A stretch of 64,000 nt of DNA from Lama guanicoe (lineage: Eukaryota), in contig MU053652.1 in the NCBI GenBank assembly GCA_013239625.1, forward strand, positions 2,296,001 to 2,360,000. The letters are read 5' to 3'. The notes beneath the pieces are model-generated. The model was not told where the DNA came from. It worked only from the letters and a program-made list of their open reading frames with translations, and did not search any database. A program made the position numbers and the translations under genes. Position 1 is the first letter of the stretch; the number at the start of each line of letters is the position of its first letter. This document shows positions 39,248-51,193 of the stretch, in pieces.

Positions 39248-39842
39248 TGTATTAGGGTTCTCCAGAGAAACAGAACCCATAGGAGATATAGACATACACA
39301 GAGTTAGAAGCCGAGATATAAAGAGATTTATTACATGGAATTAACCCACACGATTATGGAGGCTGAGACATGCAGGCAAACTGGAGACCCAGTAGATCCC
39401 ACAGTATCAGTTCCAGTCAAAAGCCAGCAGCCTCAAGACCCAAAAAGAGCCAATTTTTCAATTCCAGTCTGAAGACAGAAAAAAAAAAAGTCTCAGTTCA
39501 AATAGGCAGAAAAAATTCCCTCCTCAGCAGCCTTTTTGTTCTACTCAGATCTTCAACAGATTGGATGAGACCCACCCACCTTAGGGAGGGCCACCTGCTT
39601 CACTCAGTCTACTAGTTCAAATGTTAATCTCATAGCATTTGGGGGTGAAGTGAGTCGGTATAGCTCAGTGGTAGAGCATATGCTTAGCATGCGTGAGGTC
39701 CTGGGTTCAATCTCCAGCAACTCCGTTTTAAAAAAATGTTAATGTCATCCAGAAAGCCTTCATGGATGCCCCAGACAATGTTTAGCCAAATATCTGGGTA
39801 CCCTGTGGCCCAATCCAATTGACACATAAAATTAACCACACA
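39248..39842 (-). mobile_element. MLT2-family (ERVL) solo LTR
   Basis: Both termini present: tgtattagggttctccagagaaacagaacc at the left and aaatatctgggtaccctgtggccca...ttgacacataaaattaacca at the right. Confidence 0.92.
39634..39733 (+). mobile_element. tRNA-Ala-derived retrocopy / atypical vic-1-like SINE inserted in MLT2
   Basis: ggtatagctcagtggtagagcatatgcttagcatgcgtgaggtcctgggttcaatctccagcaactcc. TSD aaatgttaatctcat (39619-39633) / aaatgttaatgtcat (39734-39748). Confidence 0.85.
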
Positions 39843-39856
39843 TTCCTTTATGTGAA

Positions 39857-40081
39857 GTGGATAAGCAGCAAGGACCTACTGTACAGCACAGGGAATTATA
39901 ATCAATTTCTCATAAAGAGCTGTAATGGAAAAGAAACTGAAATATACATATATATATGTATATGTATATATATACATACACACACACACACATAACTGAA
40001 TTGCTTTGCTGTACACCTGAAACTAACATTGTAAACTGACTACACTTCAGTAAAAAATAAGAATAAGAAGAAAAGAAAAAA
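39857..40081 (+). mobile_element. 5'-truncated L1 3' UTR
   Basis: gataagcagcaaggacctactgtacagcacaggga...aactgaattgctttgctgtacacctgaaactaacattgtaaactgactacacttc followed by an A-rich tail. Confidence 0.9.
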
Positions 40082-40804
40082 TTGACCACCACAGTAACAT
40101 ACAGCACAATTATCCATGGTTGGCCCAGGGGAGGTTTTTGAACACTTGAAGCTCCTTAATGGAGAAGACACAGTCCAGGGGCAGGCAGTTAGCATTTGGA
40201 ACAAAAATCCCACACCCAAGAGGCAGCTACTTACAAGCATTCCAACCAACTTAATCTCGGATCCACACCAACCACTTTTGTCAATTAGTATAATGGATGC
40301 TAGGAAATATTTTTGTTGCTGAACTGAAGGCTGCTCCAGATGCATGGGTTGGCTGTAAGATTTCACAGGCACTCTCACCCATGTGTGAACAGGGTATATG
40401 AATCCACCAAGCCGGGCAGCCCGGCCTTTGGGAGCAGCTCCCCACGCTGTAGGATTCCATTGGTGTTTGCGGTTTCTTGTCACCTGGTCCCAGATGGACA
40501 GTTAGCTGAGTCCTCTGCTCAAGCGTTGCTTCATTGACCCTGAGTATGCAAAGTGCTGAGAAGAATGCCCACGGGAGAGGGAGCTGGGATAGGATGAAGC
40601 TTACAAGAGTGGGCTTAGTAGGGAGGAAAAACCATATCCTTCACCTACCTCTGAATAATAGAATTGACTGATATCAACCAAAAAGAACCTAACACAGTGC
40701 TGACCTAATTGCCTTGGATGTCTGCAACACCATCCACTCACTGCTTTCTCCTAAGCCATCCTGCTCACCTTCCACGGTCATGCGTTGTGCTCTCCTCCTT
40801 AATG

Positions 40805-41345
40805 AACGGGAACAGAATCAGGATTCAAAATCGCCTTGACAAGCTAGAACACGGACTGTGGTCAACAAGATGAAATGTCACAGAGGTAAATGTGGGGTCC
40901 CGCGTGCAAGGATACAAACTGACCGCTGCAAAACTGTAGGATGGGATGGGAGATGGGTTTGCAGGGGACCTGCATCATAATCTGTGGATGGTGACAACAG
41001 AAGTTTACTGAGCCAAGAGTGAGGATGCTCGGGAAAAACTATTAAGTGTTCAGACATCTGGAACAGGGTGATGAAATCTGGGTACCATATTTTAAAAACT
41101 GTTTTGACAAATGAGAATATATCCAGAGGAGAGTGACCAGGAAAGTAAGGAGTCTTAAAACTATAAATTTTATTTAAACAAAGAACTCAGGAGATTCATG
41201 CTGGAGAAGAGACAACAAAGGGAAGAGGTATTTAAACATCAAGTAGCTGAAGGCTTGTTATGAAGAACGTGTTTTGGAGATGAGGGGAGAAAAGACAGGT
41301 TTTTGCCTGAACTGAAGAAAGAGCTAGAAAGAGTTAAGTGTCCAG
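40805..41345 (+). mobile_element. CR1/L3 LINE ORF2 remnant
   Basis: aggattcaaaatcgccttgacaagctagaacac reads RIQNRLDKLEH. Followed by aacaagatgaaa, atccagaggagagtgaccagg and ctggagaagaga, all CR1 RT-downstream motifs. Confidence 0.75.
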
Positions 41346-41580
41346 CCACGTCAGGTGCTGGCTATGAGAAAATTGCTCCCTGATACAGCAGGTATTGTCA
41401 CCTGCCATCCTCATCACCACCATCATCATCGTCGTCGTCACATCCCCGTTTTACATATGAGGTACTGGGACTGAGAAAAGCCGGCTAACTCACTGCATAG
41501 CTGGTTGCTCATTTAAAAAGCCATTTCTAAAAAAATTTTAAAAAAATTAAATAAATAAAAATAAAAAAGCCATTTCTAGT

Positions 41581-41712
41581 GGGAGGGTATAGCTCAAGTG
41601 GTAGAGCGCATGCTTAGCATGCACAAGGACCTGGGTTCAATCCCCAGTATCTCCTCTAAAGGTAAATAAACCTAATTACCTCCCCCAGCCCCCTCCCCCA
41701 ACACACACACAC
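41581..41712 (+). mobile_element. vic-1-like tRNA-Ala-derived SINE
   Basis: gggagggtatagctcaagtggtagagcgcatgcttagcatgcacaaggacctgggttcaatccccagt with intact A and B boxes, tail aaataaacctaattacctccccc. Confidence 0.93.
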
Positions 41713-41929
41713 AAAAGCCACTTCCAATATTGTCATTCTATTATTTTTAATTATCCAAGAAGCAATCTCTTCTCTTCTCTCCTCTTCTCTTCTCGCCCTG
41801 ACTAGGAATCAGGGTCCATCCTGAGGCATCAGTTTGCTGCTTGGATATTAGACAGACTTCTTGGCGCTCAGGCCTCAGTTCTACTTGATTCCAGATGTGA
41901 AAACCTCTGGGGCACCAGACCAAAGAGCA

Positions 41930-42880
41930 ATTTCGAAGCATTGGGTTACGTGATCAGAAAATGTGATTCCATTCAGTTTTTGAAGTTGTGATTTTCCAGT
42001 TCTTTGCTTTCTAGAAAATCAGAGGAGAACCCAATCAAACTGTTCACTGATAGGTTGCTAAAAATAATTTTAGTTGTTAGATCACCAAGTGATTTTTGGC
42101 TTTAAAAAAATCAGAAGAAAGGTAAAGCATGAAATAACAGGTAGAACAAAGTTGTTCAGTGCTTACATCAATAAAAATAAAAACTAACTGAAATATACTG
42201 ACTCCTGTGTCATTCAAGCAGTAGTAATATTTGCCAAGGGATATCTGACCTAACGTGCCAGTCCCACCCACTTCATGAAATATTTCCATTTTTTAAAGTA
42301 TTTATGTATCAAATTTTGTAATGTGTTTACATTATTTTGAGCCACAACATATTCATAATAATTGCAAAAATAACTCAATCCAGAAGAAACGTGTTTAGGG
42401 ACCAAGATCACAGGAAATAAAATTTAATTCTCTAAAGACACTTCTATGACTGTACTTCAATTAAAAAAATATTTAAAAATTAAAATTAAAATTAAAAATT
42501 TTAATTTAACTTAAAAATAAACGTATTTCTGTTGCCTAGAAGTATGAGAGGATGATTAACAAAATACTTTTAAAGGCAAAACATTACATCATAAAATTAC
42601 TTGAAATTGGTACCAAAAAATGAGTTCAAAGAGAAAACGATGTAAAGTTTCAAACATTTAACAAAGAAGTCGTATGTGCATTTTGAATAAATGATGGTAT
42701 CAAATCACCAACATTTTAAAAAGTGATATAACAGTTTTATTTTTAAATTAAAAGATTTCAAATACACTGAGAATCATATCTTTTGCAATTATTTCAACTC
42801 ATTTTGAAACTGTTTGTAAGGGAACCTAAACATGTGCTACAAGACACGTCGTTTTTCAAAATTCTTTTAAGAAAGATCAC
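41930..42880. mobile_element. AT-rich segment, probable degraded DNA transposon (hAT/Charlie-like)
   Basis: Sharp AT-rich block with weak resemblance to Charlie internal sequence. No TIRs identified. Confidence 0.3.
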
Positions 42881-42999
42881 TTGGGTAGATGATATTCACC
42901 TGTTCCGAAAAGGCTGCTACTAACAAGTTAACCATTTCTGGCCCTCTCTTCCCTTTTCTTCTCCTATTCAAGAAGCATAGCTTCTATTCAGTAGAAAGG

Positions 43000-43930
43000 A
43001 GGACCTAGGAGAATCGGGTTCCAGCAAGACGGGAACTAAACTAACCTAAAAATTCCTAGAAACTCGGGGAATATATAACAAAAAATATTTTAAGTATAGC
43101 TGAGCTCATAAGAAAAAGTAAGGGCGAATTCTCCAGTTCTAGAAATCAAGTAGGAACTGAAATCCCTGGTAATAAGAGTTTGCACTGACACTACTGCTGC
43201 CCCAGTTAATCTGAGGCAGTTGATCTGCCCCAGTTAAGTCTGAACTGTTCATCTCAGTAACCAGGAGCTTCCTATATCCAAGTATAGGGAATGAGACTTA
43301 CAAAAAAGTACAAGGCAGGGAGTTGGAACTAAGATCCCTACCTAAAGCCAGAAGTCTCTAAGAGATACAACCTCAGTAAAAGGATGGATTAGAAAAATTC
43401 ACTCACTAGTACGAGGAGCCTGCAAGGAAATTTACCTGTTCCTTTCTACTTTTCCAGAAGTCTCCCCCGAGAATTCTAGGTACCAAGGCTATGACTGACT
43501 CACAAGGGTTTAGGATTTGAAATTACACTACCTAGGCATCTGGGACCCGCCAAGTAGAAAAATTAACATGAAATGGATCCATGATAAGAGATAACCCAGG
43601 AAGCCCAGAATAAAAAAATGCGAAACTTCCCAGAAGGTTCCTGCACTTAACCCACAAACCAGGCCCCCTAGAAGATGAGAGCTCACAATTCAAAATTACA
43701 GTTCCATATTATAAGGAAATGGTCACCTTGAGCAAGAGCCAGCAGACAAAAGAAACAAGAGTGCTTATAGAAACCCAAAATTTCAGATAAAGGAAAAACT
43801 GACAGAGACAATAAAATCGGAATGTTTAAAACAATGAGACATACAAGAAATTATTAAAAGTATAAAGGCAACACACACCGTGAAAGAAGAATGAGCTAGT
43901 TTGGAAAAAATTCTGAAGAAAATTCAAGCC
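43000..43930 (+). mobile_element. Degraded old L1 5' UTR/ORF1-region fragment
   Basis: A-rich; gatgagagctcacaattcaaaattaca...accttgagcaagagccagcagacaaaagaaaca, similar in style to 17.4-19.2 kb. Confidence 0.55.
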
Positions 43931-45410
43931 GGAGTGATGAGAAGTGCCTTGACGCTGCCTGACAGCTGTTAGGTACCCCCCAACCCTCACCCCCATTCTG
44001 ACAAGAAGGTCTAAAGAATGTCTAGCCAGGCCAGGGGAAAGCCAAATTGTTGCAAGCTTCTTTGTGCCATGTAAATACCAGGGTGCACCAAGGCTGCCCG
44101 CCCATTGCATCCATCACCCTGCACTCCAGAGCAGAGCCGGATCCTGTCTAATGACCCGTCAGCAGTCCCTTCCTCGATGACCTCTGTTGTTCACAGAGTT
44201 AAGAAGAGCAGTGGCTTGTTGTTTTGCCTTGTTTTTAAGATCAGTTGTGGGACACAGATTAGTTTTCAGCATAGAGAGCCACAGCATGGAGCCAGCCAAA
44301 CACCGAGACTCAGAAAACTTCTGCAGCGCAGAATCTGCTGAGAAAACTTAGACTTGCTACGTGGTCAGAAGGGAAGGGATCTTGGAGATCATCTTCTTCA
44401 ACCTTTGTTTTCCATGAAAGGAAACAGGGGCTCGGAGAGAAGAGCCCCTCTCCAGGCTCTGCACCAAGTTTGTGAAAGAGCTGAAGCCCTGACTCGGGCT
44501 TTCCAGCTCCAAGGCCACCTGGCCAAGGGGAGGATTGTACGGATGGCCAGCTCATGACTCAGAGCCCTGATGCTCCCTTCCTCCATCATGCAGCCATCTA
44601 AGGGGAGGGGGGCAAGGTGAGATGGACAGGAGGCAAGAATTACCCTGCCTAGTAGTAGAATTATAGGAGAATTCTGTGTTTTTCAAATATGCCGTCTTCA
44701 GGGAAAAATCTGATACATTTTGCTGATAAGACTTTACTTCACATTACATTCTAGCAAAAGAATTAACCTCTACTGGTAAAACTTTCTATGAACAGAAAGA
44801 GACAAGAGAGATCTGAGCAACCCCCACCATCTTTCAGCCCAGATTTAGGCGACCCCATCTAGCCTCTCAGCAAGCTAGCTCTAGCGAAAGAATCTAAGAG
44901 GGAAGAGAGGGGGAAAGGGACAAAACACCTAAGAGATGAGGCACCAGGCAGCCTGCACAAGCCCACAGAGGATCTGGAAAAGAACAAGGCTAATTTAGGC
45001 TCTGAACGTGACTCGGAGCCACAGGAACAGCTGTCATCCTGCTCTGCCCCCTCCTCTCTCCTGCCTTGCCTATCATTCACTCCCCCGGGGGCCCTCAAAA
45101 ACGCTTCTGCCTGCAGCATGGGACCAGCGAGGGGGTAGCTCCTCTTCCCCTGGTGACACTTCTGTGTGGGTCGATAATCCTACGTTTAATCATGTCATGC
45201 GGTATTGGGGACAAAAGGGTAAGTAAGGCTTGTTCCCCGGGGACTATGGTCCCACTGAGGGCGAGCCTTCCCACCTGAGGGAGCAGATGAACTGGGAACT
45301 AGACCAGGGGCAGACCCTGCCCCTTGCAAATGATCTAGGGATTACAGAGGGGACTCAAAGGACAATGCCTCAGGCCCAAAGAACAGCTGTTTCACTAACA
45401 AGAACAGACG

Positions 45411-45600
45411 CGGTGCCATGGTGGTTAGCAGCACGGGCTCTGCAGACAGACAGACTTTCTGCTCCTGTGGCCTCAGGTAAATGACTCATCTCTCCAAGCC
45501 CGAGGTCCCTCAACCATAAAACAGGAATAATGACAGCTACCCCAGTACCGCAAGCACTGAATGAGACCGTGCACACAAAGCACCCTGCACGCATGGTGGT
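45411..45600 (+). mobile_element. MIR fragment
   Basis: ggtggttagcagcacgggctctgcagacagac...ctgtggcctcaggtaaatgactcatctctc...ataaaacaggaataatgacagctacc. Confidence 0.75.
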
Positions 45601-45690
45601 AATTCATACATGTTACTCCCTTCTCTTTCCTTCCCTGCCAGGGGCCAGGTACCAAGGAAGACTTAAAGAATAAAAAATGGTGGCTGCAGT

Positions 45691-45850
45691 GGGGAGGGTA
45701 TAACTCAAGTGGTAGAACACGTGCTTAGCATGTATAAGGTCCTGGGTTCAATCCCCAGTACCTCCTCTAAAAACAAATAAACCTAATTTACACCTCCCCC
45801 TGCCCAAATGAAATAATTAAATAATACAACAATAAATTATTTAAAAATTT
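45691..45850 (+). mobile_element. vic-1-like tRNA-Ala-derived SINE
   Basis: ggggagggtataactcaagtggtagaacacgtgcttagcatgtataaggtcctgggttcaatccccagtacctcctctaaaaacaaataaacctaattt. Confidence 0.92.
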
Positions 45851-45977
45851 AAATAGCAATTGCAGAGGAAAGTTATGTGCAGAGGGGAAATGCTGCAGCC
45901 CCAAATGAGGATCGGACCAGACGGGTCAAAGAAGGAACAGCAGCTAGACTGGTCCAATGTCAGCCCCTTTCATTAAA

Positions 45978-46180
45978 GCCTGGATAAACCTCAAAAGCAC
46001 AACAGCAAGTGAAAAGGGCAATTTGCAGAACACATGATTCTATTTGTGTAAATTTTTACACACATGTAGCAGTATTACATACTGTTTATGGAAGTATATG
46101 TAACTGCGGAGTTGAACAGGCATGGCTCGTGGGTATAATCAGAAGGCAACTTCATTCTTGTCTATTAATGTTCCTTTAAG
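45978..46180 (+). mobile_element. Old L1 (L1ME-like) 3' fragment
   Basis: tggataaacctcaaaagcaca...aagtgaaaag...catgattctatttgtgtaaattt. Confidence 0.55.
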
Positions 46181-46309
46181 TTTACCTGGTTAGGCATTTT
46201 CTTCCCCCACCCCAGAATGAAATCTAGACATAAAAAATGTCCTTCAGACAAGGAGTAATGTCTACCTTAGTGTAATCATCACAATTTTCAACTTTATTTG
46301 GTGACCCCT

Positions 46310-46700
46310 TTTATCAACTATTGTCATAAGAATGCCACATAATAAACCATCCCCAGAGCTCGGTGACACATGGAAATAAGCATCTATTTCTAGCTCCTAA
46401 GTCTGGGGAGGCTCTGCTCATCTCAGTCAGGCTTGCTCCAGGCTGTGAGCTGCACTCAGGACTGTTCCATGTCTTTCACTCTTTAGGAAGCACACTCTAC
46501 CTGCAACATGTTCTCCTGATGAGGGCAGAAGTGCAAGAGAAGTCCTCAGTGCATGCGTATCACACTTTGGTCATGTGACACTTGCTAACATCCCACTGGC
46601 AAGTCATATGGCCAAGCCCAATGCCCGTAGGGTGGGGAAATACACTCTACCACTGTGGGGCGGGTGGTGAGAGGCAGGGGACTGTTTACAGAATCAAAGC
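46310..46700 (-). mobile_element. MaLR (MLT1H/I-like) solo LTR
   Basis: ataataaaccatccccagagctcggtgac...gcagaagtgcaagag...tgctaacatcccactggcaagtcatatggccaagccca...gggaaatacactctacc. Confidence 0.75.
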
Positions 46701-47389
46701 AACTCTTCCCAGTGCCGCTCAGGCCACTGGGGAAGGACGCTGGCTTCTTTCCTCCTCCCCTCATGGTGTTTCTGTCCCTCCTCCCCGCCTCTGCCAACCC
46801 TGGTTCCTCACCCCTCCAGGTCTGAGAAGAGGGAAGCAGAAGAAAGGGGCAGGAGGGTTCTCACTTGACTGACACAGGCATCCCAGTCTCTGAGGCAAGA
46901 AGTGTCTAATGTGACTCGTAAACACCCCCAGGGTCCTCCAGAGTTCAGAGGTCCCAAGTTCTAGGGCTCCTGGCGACAGCCAGCGCCTTCCCTGGCTGCC
47001 ACTTGCTCTGCCCTCAGCCCCGAGGCATCTGGAAATGTCCGCAGCTTCTATCTGCAGAAGCCTCTCTGCCCCGCCTCTCCACCGGGGCCTCCTCTTGCCA
47101 GGCTTTGGAGGAGCCCCTGCAGCTTTCCTGCACTCGAGGCCCCAGCTGGTCTGATGTTCTTCTCGTCAAAAAACTACAGGCGTGCAGGTAGCCCCTAATG
47201 AAGCCACCTCTCCTTTGCTCCGCCTTCAGAGCAGCTGGTCATCACTACCTACTTCTTACCCTTTAGATTTCTCCAGTGGGAGGCTGTCACCAGTCCACTG
47301 AACACCCCAAAGTGCAGAGGACACTCATCAAAGCTTGAGGTGAGAGGCAGGCACCTTCCACCCCTCTCTTTTGGGATAGGGGAATGGGT

Positions 47390-47718
47390 AGATGATTAAC
47401 GTGTAAATCTGCACACTTTAAGAAAGCAGATTGCCCTCCATAGTGTGGGGGGGGGCTAGTCCAATCAGTTGAAGACCTTAACAGAGAAAGGCTGACCTCC
47501 TGAAGAGATAATTCTGCCAGCAGGCTGCCTTTGGACTCAACCTACCATGTCAGCTTTCTGTGGGTCTTCAGCCTGCCGGCCCACCCTGAACACCATGGCC
47601 TTGCCAACCCTCCACAATTGTACACACCAATTCCTCGATATAAATAGGTAAATAAACAAACACACACACACACACATGCATGCCTCCTGTTTTTGTTTCT
47701 CTGGAGAACCCTAATACC
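47390..47718 (+). mobile_element. MLT2-family LTR, 5'-truncated
   Basis: aaagcagattgccctccatagtgtggg...tccaatcagttgaagacctta...tgtttctctggagaaccctaatac. Confidence 0.88.
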
Positions 47719-47984
47719 AGGACATTTCTGCGGATGGGCAAGATGAGTATCAGAGCTGGGGGCAGTTTTCTTTCTCTTTTTCTTTGAAAACCTGCCTGGG
47801 CAGTTCCTGCCTTTTGCCACAGTGCATTTTATCTTGGGGTCAGATTGTGTTGCTTTTGGCCAAAGACCACTTGGAGACAAATGCATTCCTGGAAACTACA
47901 TTGTAAATCCAACGGTCAGAAAGCAAACTGGGCTTTCCCAGGAAAACAACATTACACTGAATAGTAACCGCAGGGATACGACTC

Positions 47985-48175
47985 TGCACTTGCGTGGAAC
48001 TTTGCAGTTCGAAAGGCTTTCCCATACACACCACATGCCCGGCTGCGCTGAGTCCTGGAAGGCAGGCCCTATGTGTCTTCATTGCACAGATGGAGAAATG
48101 AGGCTCGGAGAAGCATTTCGCTCAGGGTCACGTGGCTATTAGGGACCGAGCTGGGACTCAATCTTAGCTCAGCAG
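47985..48175 (-). mobile_element. MIR fragment
   Basis: cattgcacagatggagaaatgaggctcggaga...gctcagggtcacgtggcta...gagctgggactcaa. Confidence 0.75.
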
Positions 48176-49739
48176 ACTTTCCAATGTCCCCCTATCCAAG
48201 TAAGGCCTTAGCCTCAACCGAATCCTACACACAACAAAAGTTCTCCAAATGCAAAGATTCTAGAACTCCCGCCTCCACCATTGTCTGAAATCATAAACTT
48301 TTGCTCTTAAGTCACATAAAACAGGCAAATGAGCATATCGATTACTCAAGAGACCCCCGAACTATAAAGCAGACATATAACACAGAAATAGTCACCACCA
48401 CCCACCGCAAAGCTGTTGACCGGAAACTCCTGTGCGTCACCATCCACAGAAACACTTTTTGAGCAACCCATCATTCACGCCACTGAACAAAACGCAACGA
48501 AACACAAGACTGCACAGGACCATCGGGTTCTATTTTTTTCCAGTCCCTTTTTAATGCCCTTTGTGTTACTTTGATCTTCCTGAAAACAGAATTAAAATTC
48601 ATAAACTGTGGCTTGTGTCTGTCCAGGTTAGGGGTGAGGCCAGCAGGGGCCAACCTGGTTAGATAAGGGCTGGGCTTTAGGCGTCAAAGCAGAGAAGATG
48701 TGGGTGGTGGAGCTGGCAACCCAGGAAGGTCAGGCAGACCCCTCCCCGCTGGGGCTGGGGTGCTTCCTGAAGGAGCAAGAGTTCGCCCCTCCTGCCTCTG
48801 CCTTCCACCTCGAGTGCCGCTTTCAGCACCGTAAGGAAACCTGCCCGAGGCCTCGGTCTACTCTGCTCTGTCTCGGCAGGGCTGCTTTGCTGACTATAGG
48901 ACCTGCCTGGCCTCTTCCTCTGTCACCTCTCCCTTGGCCCTTGCAAGTCTGCAGATTCAGCCAGGACCCGAGCTCTGGAGCGACCTGGTCCCTGGCGGGC
49001 CGGAAACAAAGCAGACCCTTTGGGGGCTCAGGGCCAATCAGCCCTGCCAGCTGTCTTGCTCTGCCTTGTTCCCCTACCACTTCTCAGTGCTGCTTCCTGC
49101 TCTCTCTCTCTGTGGAAGAAACAGCTGTGGAAACCAGCTGGACCCTCTGGTTCCCCCAGACGTTGAGACTGCAGGCTCTCACTGCCTGGTTGAGCCCGCA
49201 GTGGCCCTTGGCATGCTGCCTCCTGCACAGACCATCAGCCCAAGGAACCAGGACTCCAACTCATCTGTGTTCCTGGTCCAGGGGCTGCCCAGGTTTTCTG
49301 CACCCCCAGCTCTGGATGGCACCCCCTGAAACTAACTGCCTATGGGCGATAAGCCATCGGTACCCTGTCTGGCCACTGGGCTCACCCCATGGGCTTCCTT
49401 CCATCCCCACCTCCCTGTGACACTCAGGGGCTGCCAGCCCAGACTGAGGGGTCAGGCATGGAGCTTTCTGCCCCATACATCATACTCTGAGGGCATCTCA
49501 GACCCAAATGCCTGGACGGTGACTCAGAAAAGCAGCAAGAAGAGAAGAAAAAGGAACTCCAGTGGCTGGAACTAGAGACGACCTAAAAAGGATGCACATA
49601 AAAATTAGATTTAAACCATCAGCCCCTAACCCAAGGTCAATGGCAAAGGGAAGAGAACTTCCTGGTCTCTCAGATGGCCTCAGATTTTTATCCCTGAATC
49701 CAGGTAAATTTCATACATGGAAGGGGAAACACGGCACTT

Positions 49740-50345
49740 AGCAAAGAGGATCACCTGTGCGATTTCCTCCAGCCCCTGGGCTGTGGGGGTTAACTCCAGC
49801 AGGTCTGAGATTCACCTGATCTGTACCTGTGACACCAGCAACATGCTCAGGGCTGACCCTGGTCAAGGCAGAAAGCGCAATGATTGATAGGCTTCGTAAC
49901 AACGCCCCGGAGGAGTTGGGGTGGTTTGTACCAGCTTGTCGGCTTTGTGCTTTGATAGCAATGAGATTGATGGTTTGCACCTGGTCTCGGGGAGACCCCA
50001 GAGGCTCTGCCATTGCGGGTGGTTGTGCAGTGAGAATTTGCCTGCATGACAGCAGGTATAAGAAACCCCAGCCAAGGCTCCATTTGGGGCTGGGAAATGC
50101 CCCATAGACACATTGGCGGCTCCTAATTTGAGAGAGCATGTCCTGCCACAGCCCCTAACAGAGGGAGCTAACAGGAGCTGGGATTTGATTTCTCCAGACC
50201 CCTTGCTGTGAACAGCCTTTGGCTGTGATGATATCTCTCCTTTGATGTTGCTGCTGTAATAAACTGTAGGTTTGCAAACACCATCATTTTAGGCCTCTGA
50301 GCCTTCTTTAGTCATTGAACCTGTTTAGCTGCTAGTTGTCAGTGC
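49740..50345 (+). mobile_element. Probable old ERV solo LTR (family unassigned)
   Basis: LTR-like organisation: TATAAG 50057-50062, AATAAA 50258-50263 in tgctgtaataaactgtag, then a U5-like GT-rich stretch. Boundaries uncertain. Confidence 0.45.
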
Positions 50346-50470
50346 ATCCCCGCTGTTATGGGTTGAACTGGGTCCCCCCAAAATGCACATGTTGAAGTCC
50401 TAACAGTCGGTACCTCAAAATGTGGCCTTATTTGGAAATAAGTTCCTTGTAGATATAATTGTTAAGATGA

Positions 50471-50584
50471 AAATGTGACAATGAGTGTGTATATGTCCAT
50501 GAATGACTGAAAAATTGTGCTGAACACTGGAATTTGACACAACACTATAAAATGATTATGAATCAATAAAAAATGTAAAAAAAA
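50471..50584 (+). mobile_element. Young L1 3' tip (insertion 1 in MLT1)
   Basis: Near-identical to 11743-11850. Perfect TSD aattgttaagatga at 50457-50470 / 50585-50598. Confidence 0.93.
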
Positions 50585-50651
50585 AATTGTTAAGATGAGA
50601 AGGATGGAGCCCTAATCCAATGTGACTGTTATCTTTATAAAAAGGGACATT

Positions 50652-50850
50652 CTAAACAAGATTATACTGTACAGCACAGGGAAATATACACAAGATCTTG
50701 TGGTAGCTCACAGTGGAAAAAAATGTGACAATGAATATATGTATGTTCATGTATAACTGAAAAATTGTGCTCTGCACTGGAATTTGACACAACATTGTAA
50801 AATGACTATAACTCAATAAAAAAAGTTTTAAAAAATTTTTAAAAATAAAA
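50652..50850 (+). mobile_element. L1 3' UTR (insertion 2 in MLT1)
   Basis: taaacaagattatactgtacagcacagggaaatatacacaa... Perfect TSD ataaaaagggacatt at 50637-50651 / 50851-50865. Confidence 0.93.
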
Positions 50851-50903
50851 ATAAAAAGGGACATTTGAACACAGGGAGAACTCCCTGTAAAGACTGGAGT
50901 TAG

Positions 50904-51193
50904 CATGGACACAGAAGACAAACTGTGGTTACCGGGGGGAAATTGGAGGGAGGATAGATTAGGATTTTGGTATTAACAGACACACATTACTATACATAAA
51001 ATAGATTTTTTAAAAGGACCTACTGTATAGCACAGGGAACTATATTCAATTCTGTGTAATAAGCTATAATGGAAAAGAATCTGAAAAAATATATATGTAT
51101 ATATATGTGTAACTGAATTGCTTTGCTGTACACCTGAAACTAACATTGCAAATTGACTACACTTCAATAAAAAATAAGAACTAAAAAAAAAAA
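50904..51193 (+). mobile_element. L1 3' UTR (insertion 3 in MLT1)
   Basis: catggacacagaagacaaactgtggttacc...ggacctactgtatagcacagggaac...poly-A. TSD aaagactggagttag (50889-50903) / aaagattggagttag (51194-51208). Confidence 0.93.

Noticed and set aside
41581..41655. Apparent tRNA-Ala(AGC) gene
   Set aside because: It has a SINE-type gggagg head, an AT-rich/ctaattacc tail, TSDs and stem-disrupting changes. It is a SINE, and the same applies to the other six copies.
45675..45865. Possible TSD of the 45691 SINE (aaatggtggctgcag / aaatagcaattgcag)
   Set aside because: 5 mismatches in 15 bp; too decayed to assert.
48822..48845. REST/NRSE-like site TTCAGCACC
   Set aside because: Only the left half-site matches; the right half (GGACAG) and the spacing are wrong.
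48698..49420. Longest ORF in the track (240 aa, +)
   Set aside because: No recognisable domain; Pro/Leu/Ser/Cys/Trp composition typical of chance ORFs in GC-rich DNA; no splice or promoter context.
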